Numbered from the stretch's first letter, positions 1-7,494 are shown. The stretch: DNA of 24,000 bases from Gammaproteobacteria bacterium (GCA_036274615.1 DASUFK010000015.1:1-24000); one strand, 5' to 3'. Notes: generated by a model from the sequence alone, not told the origin. Numbers and translations are program-made.

Positions 1-1096
1 AGTCACCTGTGCACCTGACGACGCGTATCCCCGCCGCTGCGTATGCTTCGGTGAACGTGTCGAACTTCTCATTCACTAACGCTTTGTACGGCAGAAGGAA
101 TGCCGCCTTCTTTCCGGCTGTGACGGCACGGATTGCCGCGAGCTCGCCGACAAACGTTTTCCCCGAACTCGTCGGCGCGACAACCAGAAGGGACTCGTCG
201 CTAAGAATGCGATGCGTGTTCACCGCTTTGATCTGTAGTTCGTTAAGACCGGACGGGAACCGTTTACGCCAATCGCTGAGAATCTCTGGCCCAAATCCGT
301 AAACGGCCAATTCGTCGATTGCGCCCGAGATGGGCTGCACGTCGAACTCGGGAAAAGCCGCGAGAAATTTCGGTCCGCGTCGCAACCTCGGAATGCTCAG
401 ACCGCCCTCGACATGGTTGATCAGTACCGGTGTTTGAACTTCTCCAATCCTCTCCGCCGCGGTTCTAGTGCGCGTCAGAACTTCATCGAAAGCACTAGAC
501 AGCGTTACCGTCTCGTCATCCCAATTGCACAACACGTCAATCAAGGCGTGCGTTAGCAGTCCGTGCCCGGTCCCCGGCTGCTCCCACGCGACCTCGTGAG
601 CGGCGGCCGCAGCTATAAGGATGCGACCCTTCCCGGTGATCAATTCGTACGGGCTCGTGGGATTTCGTGCGACGGCCGCGCCTTCAAACACGCGCGCCGG
701 GGCTGCGCCGCTGAAGCAACAATCTAGGATGCAGAGGATCGCGCGCGCTCGACAACTGCGAAATCTCTCCGCGAGTTCCTCCATACCGATGGAAGTTGCG
801 GCAAGGCCCGCGCTATTTGTGTCGTAGGCCACAAGCCGATGATTCGGCGTGCCGTGACCAGCGAACGACAGGACAACAACGTCGTCCGCTTCCGCGTCGC
901 CCAAAGACGTATCAATTGCATACCGGATCGCGGCGGCGGTTGCATCGTCGTCCAGGAGAGCGGTGGCGTCGATGTCATCAAAGGTATCGCTGAACAACGC
1001 CCACAGAGCCAGCGCATCGCGGACGGCGCCCGTCAGTTCGCGGATGCCCGGATCCTCGTGCCTATTTACGCCGACGAACGTTGCGTGGATTTTCAT
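1..1096 (-). CDS. Partial CDS (C-terminus lies beyond the left window edge): N-terminal caspase-like peptidase C14 domain fused to a Ski2/Hel308-like SF2 helicase
   Basis: Absent from the supplied ORF track because it has no stop inside the window. My reverse-complement translation starts at ATG 1096-1094, with an in-frame TAA two codons upstream. It reads MKIHATFVGVNRHEDPGIRELTGAVRDALALW...DDVVVLSFAGHGTPNHRLVAYD...RARAILCILDCCFSGAAP, giving the caspase dyad context of His in AGHG and Cys in DCCFSG. It continues ...LNELQIKAVNTHRILSDESLLVVAPTSSGKTFVGELAAIRAVTAGKKAAFLLPYKALVNEKFDTFTEAYAAAGIRVVRCTGD, covering a Q-motif-like stretch, Walker A/motif I, motif Ia and the TGD motif Ib. The frame stays open to position 2. 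Confidence 0.8.
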   Translation of the reverse strand, partial: MKIHATFVGVNRHEDPGIRELTGAVRDALALWALFSDTFDDIDATALLDDDATAAAIRYAIDTSLGDAEADDVVVLSFAGHGTPNHRLVAYDTNSAGLAATSIGMEELAERFRSCRARAILCILDCCFSGAAPARVFEGAAVARNPTSPYELITGKGRILIAAAAAHEVAWEQPGTGHGLLTHALIDVLCNWDDETVTLSSAFDEVLTRTRTAAERIGEVQTPVLINHVEGGLSIPRLRRGPKFLAAFPEFDVQPISGAIDELAVYGFGPEILSDWRKRFPSGLNELQIKAVNTHRILSDESLLVVAPTSSGKTFVGELAAIRAVTAGKKAAFLLPYKALVNEKFDTFTEAYAAAGIRVVRCTGD

Positions 1097-1207
1097 GCTT
1101 TAACTCTGTCGCCTTGACTCGCCAATCCTGCAACTACAGGGGCGCTCCCTTTCTCGCCGCGATCACTAGCTAGTATTCATGGCACCATGCCGGCCAAAGT
1201 GCGAATA

Positions 1208-1240
1208 ATACGGCATTGACGTAGTACGTCAATGCCGTAT
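1208..1240. promoter_or_regulatory. Perfect 33-bp palindrome (16-bp arms, 1-nt centre); putative operator of the toxin-antitoxin operon
   Basis: ATACGGCATTGACGTA-G-TACGTCAATGCCGTAT, checked base by base. It lies 11 bp upstream of the toxin ATG. A further TGACGTC half-site follows at 1243-1249. Type II antitoxins with HTH domains typically autoregulate through palindromes like this. Confidence 0.6.
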
Positions 1241-1243
1241 ACT
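1216..1243 (+). promoter_or_regulatory. Putative sigma70-type promoter embedded in the palindrome (-35 TTGACG, -10 TATACT, 16-nt spacer)
   Basis: TTGACG at 1216-1221 and TATACT at 1238-1243. The predicted start site falls at about 1250, essentially at the toxin ATG (1251), and no Shine-Dalgarno sequence precedes that ATG. Confidence 0.4.
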
Positions 1244-1250
1244 GACGTCG

Positions 1251-1562
1251 ATGTTCATCTTCATCGAAACGAAGCTATTCACTCGGCTAGCTGATGAGCA
1301 TCTGTCCGACGATGACCTGTCTAAGCTACAGGCCTACATCAACGAGAACTCGGAGACGGGAGACATCATCCGCGGGTCCGGCGGTGTGCGTAAGTTGCGC
1401 TGGGGAGCAGCGGGGCGCGGAAAGCGTGGCGGATTACGGATCATCTACTACTTGCGGTCCAAACAAGGTGAGATCTGGTTGCTCACGTTGTATGCAAAGA
1501 ACGAGGCCGAGAGTATTTCCGGACCGATTCTCAAGAAGATTAAGGAGGAGATTGATGGCTAG
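1251..1562 (+). CDS. higB: Type II toxin, RelE/ParE superfamily, HigB-2-like
   Basis: 103 aa. MFIFIETKLFTRLADEHLSDDDL...GSGGVRKLRWGAAGRGKRGGLRIIYYLRSKQGEIWLLTLYAKNE follows the pattern I remember for Vibrio HigB-2 (GTGGLRKIR...GKGKRGGSRIIYY...LLTIYGKNE). It overlaps the downstream antitoxin gene by 8 nt. Confidence 0.85.
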   Translation: MFIFIETKLFTRLADEHLSDDDLSKLQAYINENSETGDIIRGSGGVRKLRWGAAGRGKRGGLRIIYYLRSKQGEIWLLTLYAKNEAESISGPILKKIKEEIDG

Positions 1563-1827
1563 CCAAAAGCGAAACATTGGGCGCGAGATTCTCGAAGGCA
1601 TCCGCGAGATCAAGCGTGGTGAACATGGGCGCGTGACGACAGTTCCGTCGGTGTCCAGTGTTCGCGAGAAGACGGGACTGTCGCAAGCAGAATTCGCGCG
1701 TCTCTTGGGCGTATCCGTTCGAACGCTGCAAGAGTGGGAACAAGGTCGCCGGGCACCGTCGGGCGCAGCGCGCACGCTTCTGATGATCGCGGCTAAGAAT
1801 CCGCGCGCGCTTTTAGACGTGGCGTGA
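1555..1827 (+). CDS. higA: HTH (XRE-type) antitoxin, HigA-2-like
   Basis: Internal ATG at 1555 of track ORF 1294..1827, preceded by AAGGAGGA at 1542-1549. The product MASQKRNIGREILEGIREIKRGEHG...GLSQAEFARLLGVSVRTLQEWEQGRRAPSGAARTLLMIAAKNP matches the HigA-2/NadS-type pattern (GxSQxxFAxxxGVSxxTLxxWEQGRRxPxGxAxxLL). Confidence 0.85.
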   Translation: MASQKRNIGREILEGIREIKRGEHGRVTTVPSVSSVREKTGLSQAEFARLLGVSVRTLQEWEQGRRAPSGAARTLLMIAAKNPRALLDVA

Positions 1828-2019
1828 GGTCGATTATCTTGGCATGCTCGAGTCGTTGGGATTTCAGGTGCGCGAAGTGCGCGCGAATCGTGCTTAAGTC
1901 GATTCCACGAGTCAGTGGTTTGGGTCCGAAAAAACGAGAAAATCGCCTGGGTAACTTTAGTGGTAACGGCGATTTTCAGAACTAGGATTTAGCTGCTGTA
2001 TCAGCAGCTTGCGCGCCGT

Positions 2020-2043
2020 GTTCGATTCCGTCCCTGGCCACCA
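2020..2043 (+). other. tRNA 3'-end fragment (T-loop, 3' T-stem, 3' acceptor strand, discriminator A, CCA); putative att remnant at an island boundary
   Basis: GTTCGATTCCGTCCCTGGCCACCA reads as G53 + TTCGATT loop + CCGTC + CCTGGCC + A + CCA. The ~76 nt upstream contain no matching 5' acceptor strand (GGCCAGG) and no 5' T-stem (GACGG), so this is a fragment and not a gene. It coincides with the GC step and directly abuts the kinase stop codon at 2047. Confidence 0.55.
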
Positions 2044-2046
2044 TTC

Positions 2047-4650
2047 TCATTCGCTCACCAGCGCCGGCCAGTTGAGCACGACTCCGATCGCCGCTCGATC
2101 CGTTCCGCCCTGATCCTGTCGAACGGCCATCATGAAACGTTGGCCGTCGGCGGAGTCCGCACTGCTGCTACTGGCAGTGGGAGGCAGCACGAGCCGCTGA
2201 GGAACGCCGCTCTCGAAAGCCGTGCCGCTCGCATCGACGGGCACGGCGAAAAGCGTCGGGGCTGACGGAAAATGGTTGAACAGGATCTCTTCGTCGTCGC
2301 GCCACAGAGGCCAATTGCCCCCGTTCCTCGAAACCTGCCACCTGCCGTCTCCCAACGCGGGCTCGCCGTCGGCCTCCGCAAGGCGAAAAGGACGAACGTA
2401 GACTTCCGAGACGCCCGTCTCCAACGACACGTAGGCCAGCCAACGCATGTCGGGTGAGAAGACGCCCGCCCACTCGTTGAAGCTCTCGCCGAGCAGCAGA
2501 GTCCGTTTGCCGTCCTGCACGCCCAAGGCCCATTGGTCGTACCCCGTCTTCGGAGCGTTCTCCACGTGATAGAGCAGGAACCGCCCGTCGCGCGACCAAC
2601 TGGTCACGAAGTGCCTAACGCCTGACTCCTTCAAGAGCTCCTGCGCGTCGCCGAGGCCGGAGGCGGCTTTCGTAAATACCGTGTCGCCGAGACGCCCGGC
2701 CGCATACGCGATGCGGCTGCCGTCCGGAGACCACACACCCGGCGAGTAGACGTCACTCCCAAACGTTAGACGAGCGCGCCGGCCGCTCGCGAAGTCGAGC
2801 GTCCAGAGATCCCCAGGCTCACCGTACGGGGAGTCCTTCACGACGGCGCGCTTGCCGTCGGGCGACAACGCAACGCTCGTGTCGGGACCCGGCGGTCCGA
2901 ACGTGCCGAGCGTCTGCCCTTGCCGGTCGAGCCAAGTGAGCTGAAAGGTGCCGCTCGGGGCCGCGGCGCGATAAGCAAGGGTCCCGCCCTCGGAGACCGC
3001 AAACACCGCGGTGGAGTACCAGGTGACCGCCACGTTCTCGGCCACCGGCACCGGCGCGCCCGCGAGCTCGAGGCTGCGATCGTCAAACCGCTGCGCCATC
3101 AGCGTGTTCGCGCGCACGAAGAAGACGTGCCCATTCGCGTAAACCGCCGGCACGGTGCTCTGCAAGAGCCGTTGACGCGATTGTTGACCGGGCTCGATGC
3201 CGAGGGAGCCGACGTAGGTGCCTTGGACTTCCTCCGGTCCGGAGCGGAAGTACAGGAAGTGCGTGCCGTCGGCGAGGAACGTGGGCCACGTGTGATGGAA
3301 CTCCGTGGCGGAGAGGTCGACCTCCGTCACCGCCGTCGCGGCGCCGCCGGTCTCCGGCACTTTCCAGATCGGCCCGCCGGTGCCGCCGCCCCACGCGCCC
3401 ACCAAGAGGTCGCCGTTTCGGTTCCAGCTGCCGAATCCGCCCGCGTCGTTGGGCAGAGTGCTCAGCGTTTCCGGCGGTCCGCCGGCAAGAGCCACTTTCT
3501 TGATCTCACGTCCGACGCTGAAGCCGAGGTAGCGGCCGTCGGGAGACCAGAACGGTGTCGATCCGCCCTCGGTGCCCGGCAACCGCCGCCACTCCGGGGC
3601 ACCGAAATCGCGAATCCAGAGCGCCCCGCCCACGACGAACACGAGCTGGCGGCCGTCCGGCGACATCGCCAGAGCGCCGCCGGTGACACCTTCCGGAATC
3701 GAGGCCTCGAAGCGGCTCACCGAGCCCCGCGCCGCCGGCCACGACGCCCAACCGCCGAGCCCGACCGCGATCAACGCCATTACCGCGGCCAACGCTTGCC
3801 AGGCACGAACCGAACGAGCGGGCGCCGGCGCCGGTCGTTCGGCCGCGATCCAGGTGAGCGCATGCTTGATCTCGCGCGCCGATTGCCAGCGTTTCTCGGG
3901 ATCCTTCTCGAGGCAGGTTCGCACGATGGCTGCGAGGCCGGGCGGTAGCGGCGGCTGCAGGTCGGTCAGCGGCCGGGGCTCTTCCTTGAGGATGGACGCA
4001 ACGAGGCCGGTTTGCGTGTCGCCGACGAACGGTCTTCTGCCCGCGAGCAACTCGTAGAGCACGACTCCGAACGCGAACAAGTCGCTGCGCGCGTCCGCAT
4101 CCCGCCCTTCGATTTGCTCCGGCGACATGTAGGGCAGCGTGCCCAGCACGGCACCGTCAATCGTTCGGCCGGTAACTGCGGCAGCGACCTCGGTGTTCTC
4201 CCCGGCTGCGCCCGCGGGGCGTTCGATCTTCGCGAGACCGAAGTCGAGAACCTTCACGCCGTTGTGCGCGAGCAGAATGTTTTCGGGCTTGAGATCCCGG
4301 TGGACGATGCCTCGCCGGTGGGCGGCGTCGAGCGCATCCAGAATCTGTTCGGCCAATACGAGCGCTTGGGCGCGCGGCACCGGTCCCCGCAGCCGCTCGC
4401 CCTCGACGTACTCCATCACCAGGTAATCCGGGCCGACGTCGTAGAGCGAGCACACGTGCGGATGATTCAACGCCGCGATGGCTCGAGCCTCGCGCTCGAA
4501 GCGGTCACTGAAGCGGGTGTCGCTGGTCTTGATCGCGACCAAGCGGTCGAGGCGCGTGTCTCGCGCCCTCCACACTTGGCCCATGCCGCCGGCGCCAACC
4601 AAAGCCAGAATTTCGTAGGGTCCGAGCTTCGTTCCGGCCTGGAGGATCAT
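2047..4650 (-). CDS. Ser/Thr protein kinase with one TM segment and C-terminal PD40/TolB-like beta-propeller repeats
   Basis: Track ORF 2047..4716. Kinase motifs are GAGGMGQVWRA, VAIK, HRDLKPENIL, DFGLA and YMSPEQ. A hydrophobic segment AVMALIAVGLGGW follows. Repeated motifs include SPDGRQLVF, WSPDGRYLGF, SPDGKRAVV, WSPDGSRIAYA and SRDGRFLLY. I prefer the start at ATG 4650 (MILQAGTKLGPYEI), because kinase domains begin close to the G-loop. 4716 is the alternative start. Confidence 0.85.
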   Translation of the reverse strand: MILQAGTKLGPYEILALVGAGGMGQVWRARDTRLDRLVAIKTSDTRFSDRFEREARAIAALNHPHVCSLYDVGPDYLVMEYVEGERLRGPVPRAQALVLAEQILDALDAAHRRGIVHRDLKPENILLAHNGVKVLDFGLAKIERPAGAAGENTEVAAAVTGRTIDGAVLGTLPYMSPEQIEGRDADARSDLFAFGVVLYELLAGRRPFVGDTQTGLVASILKEEPRPLTDLQPPLPPGLAAIVRTCLEKDPEKRWQSAREIKHALTWIAAERPAPAPARSVRAWQALAAVMALIAVGLGGWASWPAARGSVSRFEASIPEGVTGGALAMSPDGRQLVFVVGGALWIRDFGAPEWRRLPGTEGGSTPFWSPDGRYLGFSVGREIKKVALAGGPPETLSTLPNDAGGFGSWNRNGDLLVGAWGGGTGGPIWKVPETGGAATAVTEVDLSATEFHHTWPTFLADGTHFLYFRSGPEEVQGTYVGSLGIEPGQQSRQRLLQSTVPAVYANGHVFFVRANTLMAQRFDDRSLELAGAPVPVAENVAVTWYSTAVFAVSEGGTLAYRAAAPSGTFQLTWLDRQGQTLGTFGPPGPDTSVALSPDGKRAVVKDSPYGEPGDLWTLDFASGRRARLTFGSDVYSPGVWSPDGSRIAYAAGRLGDTVFTKAASGLGDAQELLKESGVRHFVTSWSRDGRFLLYHVENAPKTGYDQWALGVQDGKRTLLLGESFNEWAGVFSPDMRWLAYVSLETGVSEVYVRPFRLAEADGEPALGDGRWQVSRNGGNWPLWRDDEEILFNHFPSAPTLFAVPVDASGTAFESGVPQRLVLPPTASSSSADSADGQRFMMAVRQDQGGTDRAAIGVVLNWPALVSE

Positions 4651-4796
4651 AGGAGTGGCGCAATGATAGCCGGTGAACCGTCGTCGAGGTGATGCCATTC
4701 GCGGTCCATTCCGCACACGGGTCCCAACCCATCGCGACCTCTGGCAGGATCGCGCTTATAGTCCTTGCGCGAAGCGTCGTCTTCAGAGACAACACC

Positions 4797-5840
4797 ATGC
4801 ACCGGAGCCGCGTCGCCGCCGTTGGCAGTTTGATCGTCACCGCCCTTGCGCTCGTTGCCCAACCACAGGAATCGAACGCGCAGCCGGCGGGCGCTGAAGC
4901 GCCTCCCTACCGCGCTCCGCGAACGTCCTGGGGCGACCCCGATCTCGCTGGTAAATGGCCGAGCACGAACATGGCCGGTGTGCCGCTCCAGCGCCCCGAA
5001 TCGTTCGGCACCCGCAACGTGCTCAACGACGCCGAGTTCGCCGAGCGTCAGGCGCAAGCCGCCCGTCAGGTGGCGGAGGACAACGCCGACTTCGATTTCG
5101 AGCACCCGAGTGTGCCGTTCGGTCAAATCGGCGGCGGGCAGTCGCCGCCGCAGCACTGGTTCGAGCGCGGCGAGACGCAGCGCCAGGCGTCGTTGATCGT
5201 CGACCCGCCGGACGGCCGCTTACCCGCGCTCACCGCCGCCGCGCAGAAGCGCGAGGCGGACCGGCGCAGCAACACGCGCACGCCTCCGGCGTCGTACACC
5301 GATTTCTCGCTCTACGAGCGGTGTATCACGCGGGGCCTCATCGGCTCCGTGATGCCGGGGGGCTACAACAACGGCAATCAGATCTTCCAGGCGCCGGGCT
5401 ACGTGACCATCGTGAACGAGATGATCCACGAGTCCCGCGTCGTGCCGCTCGACGGCCGGCCGTACGCGAGCCCGGCGATTCGAAGCTTCCTCGGCGACTC
5501 GCGCGGCCGGTGGGAGGGCGACACGCTGGTGGTGGAGACGAAGAACGTCGCCGATCGCCCGGGTCTCGGCATGAACGACACCGGCGCGAGCCCGGCGCTC
5601 ACGATCACCGAGCGCTTCACGCGAACCGGCGACGCCACGTTGCGCTACCGGGTCACCGTTGACGACCCGATGACCTGGACAGCACCCTTTACGCTGCAGT
5701 TCACTCTCGACCGGGACGACGACTACGGTATGTTCGAGTACGCGTGCCACGAGGGTAACCACGCGCTGCGCAACATCCTGAGCGGCGCCCGTGCGAGCGA
5801 GCGCGCCAACGGGGACGCGGCCCCGCGGCCGCTGCGCTGA
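4797..5840 (+). CDS. Secreted protein of unknown function, large-domain family member P1 (WEGDTLVVET / ITERF / EYACHEGN motifs)
   Basis: Track ORF 4689..5840. Internal ATG 4797 gives the signal-like N-terminus MHRSRVAAVGSLIVTALALVAQPQESNAQ. It is homologous by eye to the products of 5913..6962, 17146..18003 and the C-terminal two-thirds of 21841..23022. Confidence 0.75.
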   Translation: MHRSRVAAVGSLIVTALALVAQPQESNAQPAGAEAPPYRAPRTSWGDPDLAGKWPSTNMAGVPLQRPESFGTRNVLNDAEFAERQAQAARQVAEDNADFDFEHPSVPFGQIGGGQSPPQHWFERGETQRQASLIVDPPDGRLPALTAAAQKREADRRSNTRTPPASYTDFSLYERCITRGLIGSVMPGGYNNGNQIFQAPGYVTIVNEMIHESRVVPLDGRPYASPAIRSFLGDSRGRWEGDTLVVETKNVADRPGLGMNDTGASPALTITERFTRTGDATLRYRVTVDDPMTWTAPFTLQFTLDRDDDYGMFEYACHEGNHALRNILSGARASERANGDAAPRPLR

Positions 5841-5912
5841 TCCGGACAAATCTCAATAGATCGTTGCCTCTGACTTCTGCACCATATAGGCCGCCCTTTC
5901 AGGAGGATTGAC

Positions 5913-6962
5913 GTGCCCACAACGAAAACAACCCCGGCCGACGGGGGTCGACTGGCTATGTATCTGCCCGGTGCTGCAGCGATGCGTGCGCTGGCCTGCC
6001 TCGTCGCGCTCGCCTGGAGCGTCGGCGCTTCGGCGCAATGGGAGCCCAGGCCCGATCCCAAGCTGCCGCGGGACAAGGACGGCAAGGTGCTCATGGACGC
6101 TCCCACGCCCAAAACGGCGGCCGGCAAACCGGATTTCTCCGGCCTCTGGATGCGGGTGAACAGCGGACCGCCGCCGGGCAACGGCGGACGTGGCGGCCGC
6201 GGGGGCGGCGGGGGCGGCGGTAACGGAGGCGGCGGCGGCGCTGGCGGCGGACCCGGCGGCGGCGGTGGTGCCAGAGGCGGAGCCGGTGGCGGTGGCGGCG
6301 GCGTCTCGCTCGAGCCCGCGCAGGCACCGTTCCCCTACGATCCGAAGGGCCCGCCGGTCGCGGCGTTCTTCGAGGCCGGTCAGAACATCGAAGGCGGTCT
6401 CCCCTACACGCCGTGGGCCAAGGAGCTCAGGGACAAGCGCTTCGCCGCGCGCGCGAAGGACAACCCGGATGCCAATTGCATGCCGATGGGGTTTCTACAA
6501 TTTCACCAGCAGCCCCAACCGCGCATGATCATCCAAACCGACAAGATGATCCTGATCGAGTACGAAGCCAACTACGGCATCCGCCACATCTACTTGGACG
6601 GACGCAAGCTGCCGCCGCAGGGCGAGCCGCAGCCGTGGTGGTACGGCTATTCGGTGGGTCACTGGGAAGGCGACGACCTGGTAGTCGAGACGAACAACCT
6701 GCGCGGTGCCGACGAGGACAGCCCCTACGACGCCTGGCTCGACGTGAACGGCAGCCCGTACTCGCGCGAGGCGAAGATCACGGAGCGCTTCCGCCGGCCC
6801 GAGCTCGGCCATTTGCAGATCGACTTCACGATCGAAGATCCGAAGGCGTACACCAAACCGTGGACCGTGCGTGTCGATCAGCGCCTCCTGCCGGACCAGG
6901 AGCTGATCGAGTTCGTCTGCAACGAAAATCAACAATTCGGCAATAGAATCAAGCTGGATTAG
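5913..6962 (+). CDS. Secreted protein of unknown function, large-domain family member P2, with a Gly-rich low-complexity insert
   Basis: GTG start at 5913 with AGGAGG at 5901-5906. Signal-like segment: AMRALACLVALAWSVGASAQ. Family motifs present: PDFSGLW, NCMPMGF, DGRKLPP, GHWEGDDLVVETNNL, ITERFRR, EDPKAYTKPWTV and EFVCNEN. Confidence 0.8.
   Translation: MPTTKTTPADGGRLAMYLPGAAAMRALACLVALAWSVGASAQWEPRPDPKLPRDKDGKVLMDAPTPKTAAGKPDFSGLWMRVNSGPPPGNGGRGGRGGGGGGGNGGGGGAGGGPGGGGGARGGAGGGGGGVSLEPAQAPFPYDPKGPPVAAFFEAGQNIEGGLPYTPWAKELRDKRFAARAKDNPDANCMPMGFLQFHQQPQPRMIIQTDKMILIEYEANYGIRHIYLDGRKLPPQGEPQPWWYGYSVGHWEGDDLVVETNNLRGADEDSPYDAWLDVNGSPYSREAKITERFRRPELGHLQIDFTIEDPKAYTKPWTVRVDQRLLPDQELIEFVCNENQQFGNRIKLD
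6165..6302 (+). repeat. GGN-codon low-complexity tract encoding ~46 aa of Gly-rich (RGG-like) sequence inside P2
   Basis: It encodes GPPPGNGGRGGRGGGGGGGNGGGGGAGGGPGGGGGARGGAGGGGGG. The three paralogs have no counterpart at this position. Confidence 0.9.
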
Positions 6963-6972
6963 GAGCACGTAA

Positions 6973-7494
6973 GTGAACCCGCAAGCACACGTAAACAGGA
7001 ACAGCCGTATCCGCGGCCGCATCAAGCTCGGAGCGCTCACGAGCGTCGCCGTCGCCGCGGTGGCCGCATCGCTACCGCTCGCCGCCCATCATTCTTTCTC
7101 CGCGGAGTTCGATGGGACCAAGGAGATCAAGGCAACGGGAGCCCTCAAGAAACTGGATTGGCAGAATCCGCACGGCTGGATTCACCTCACCGTCACCGAG
7201 ATCTGCGAGCGCACCGGTACTCGCGGCCCCAACAATCCCAACGCCGCCGAAGAAGAGTGGAAGTGCCGCTCGCCCGCCGGCGGCGAGAAGGACGCGGATT
7301 GGGCGTTCGAGATCGGCAGCCCCAACGGACTGATGCGTCAGGGCTGGACGCGAAACTCGCTCAAGGCGGGCGACGTGGTCACGGTTCTCGGCTCACGGGC
7401 GCGCGACGGCAGCACGAACTCGAACGCGCGCTCCGTCACGACGGCCGACGGCAAGCGCCTGTTTGCCGGGTCGAGCCAAGACACCACGCCGTAA
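6973..7494 (+). CDS. Small secreted DUF6152-like protein (copy A)
   Basis: GTG start at 6973 with AGGAG at 6961-6965. The signal peptide ends ...ASLPLAA, followed by HHSFSAEFDGTKEIKATGALKKLDWQNPHGWIHL. I remember the pattern AHHSF..FD...G.V....W.NPH.W as the DUF6152 family. The start lies 11 nt after the P2 stop. Confidence 0.8.
   Translation: MNPQAHVNRNSRIRGRIKLGALTSVAVAAVAASLPLAAHHSFSAEFDGTKEIKATGALKKLDWQNPHGWIHLTVTEICERTGTRGPNNPNAAEEEWKCRSPAGGEKDADWAFEIGSPNGLMRQGWTRNSLKAGDVVTVLGSRARDGSTNSNARSVTTADGKRLFAGSSQDTTP

Noticed and set aside
1899-1906. A second TCGATTCC octamer as an older, nested att or tRNA remnant
   Set aside because: Only 8 nt are shared with the fragment at 2023-2030, and the flanks do not align. 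This is compatible with chance.
1991-2009. Hairpin AGCTGCTG-TAT-CAGCAGCT downstream of higA as an intrinsic terminator
   Set aside because: It has an 8-bp stem but only a 3-nt loop, and TGCGCGCC follows rather than a T tract. It lies ~165 nt past the stop codon. The support for a terminator call is not enough.
1967-2043. An intact tRNA (or tmRNA 3' domain) ending at the CCA at 2041-2043
   Set aside because: No 5' acceptor strand (GGCCAGG) or 5' T-stem (GACGG) lies upstream, and no D or anticodon arm can be drawn. The acceptor lacks the G3:U70 pair expected for tmRNA or tRNA-Ala. I kept it only as a 3' fragment.
6165-6302. G-quadruplex-forming potential of the GGN tract as a regulatory element
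   Set aside because: The G-runs are explained by Gly codons inside a CDS. Nothing in the sequence alone supports a separate structural role.
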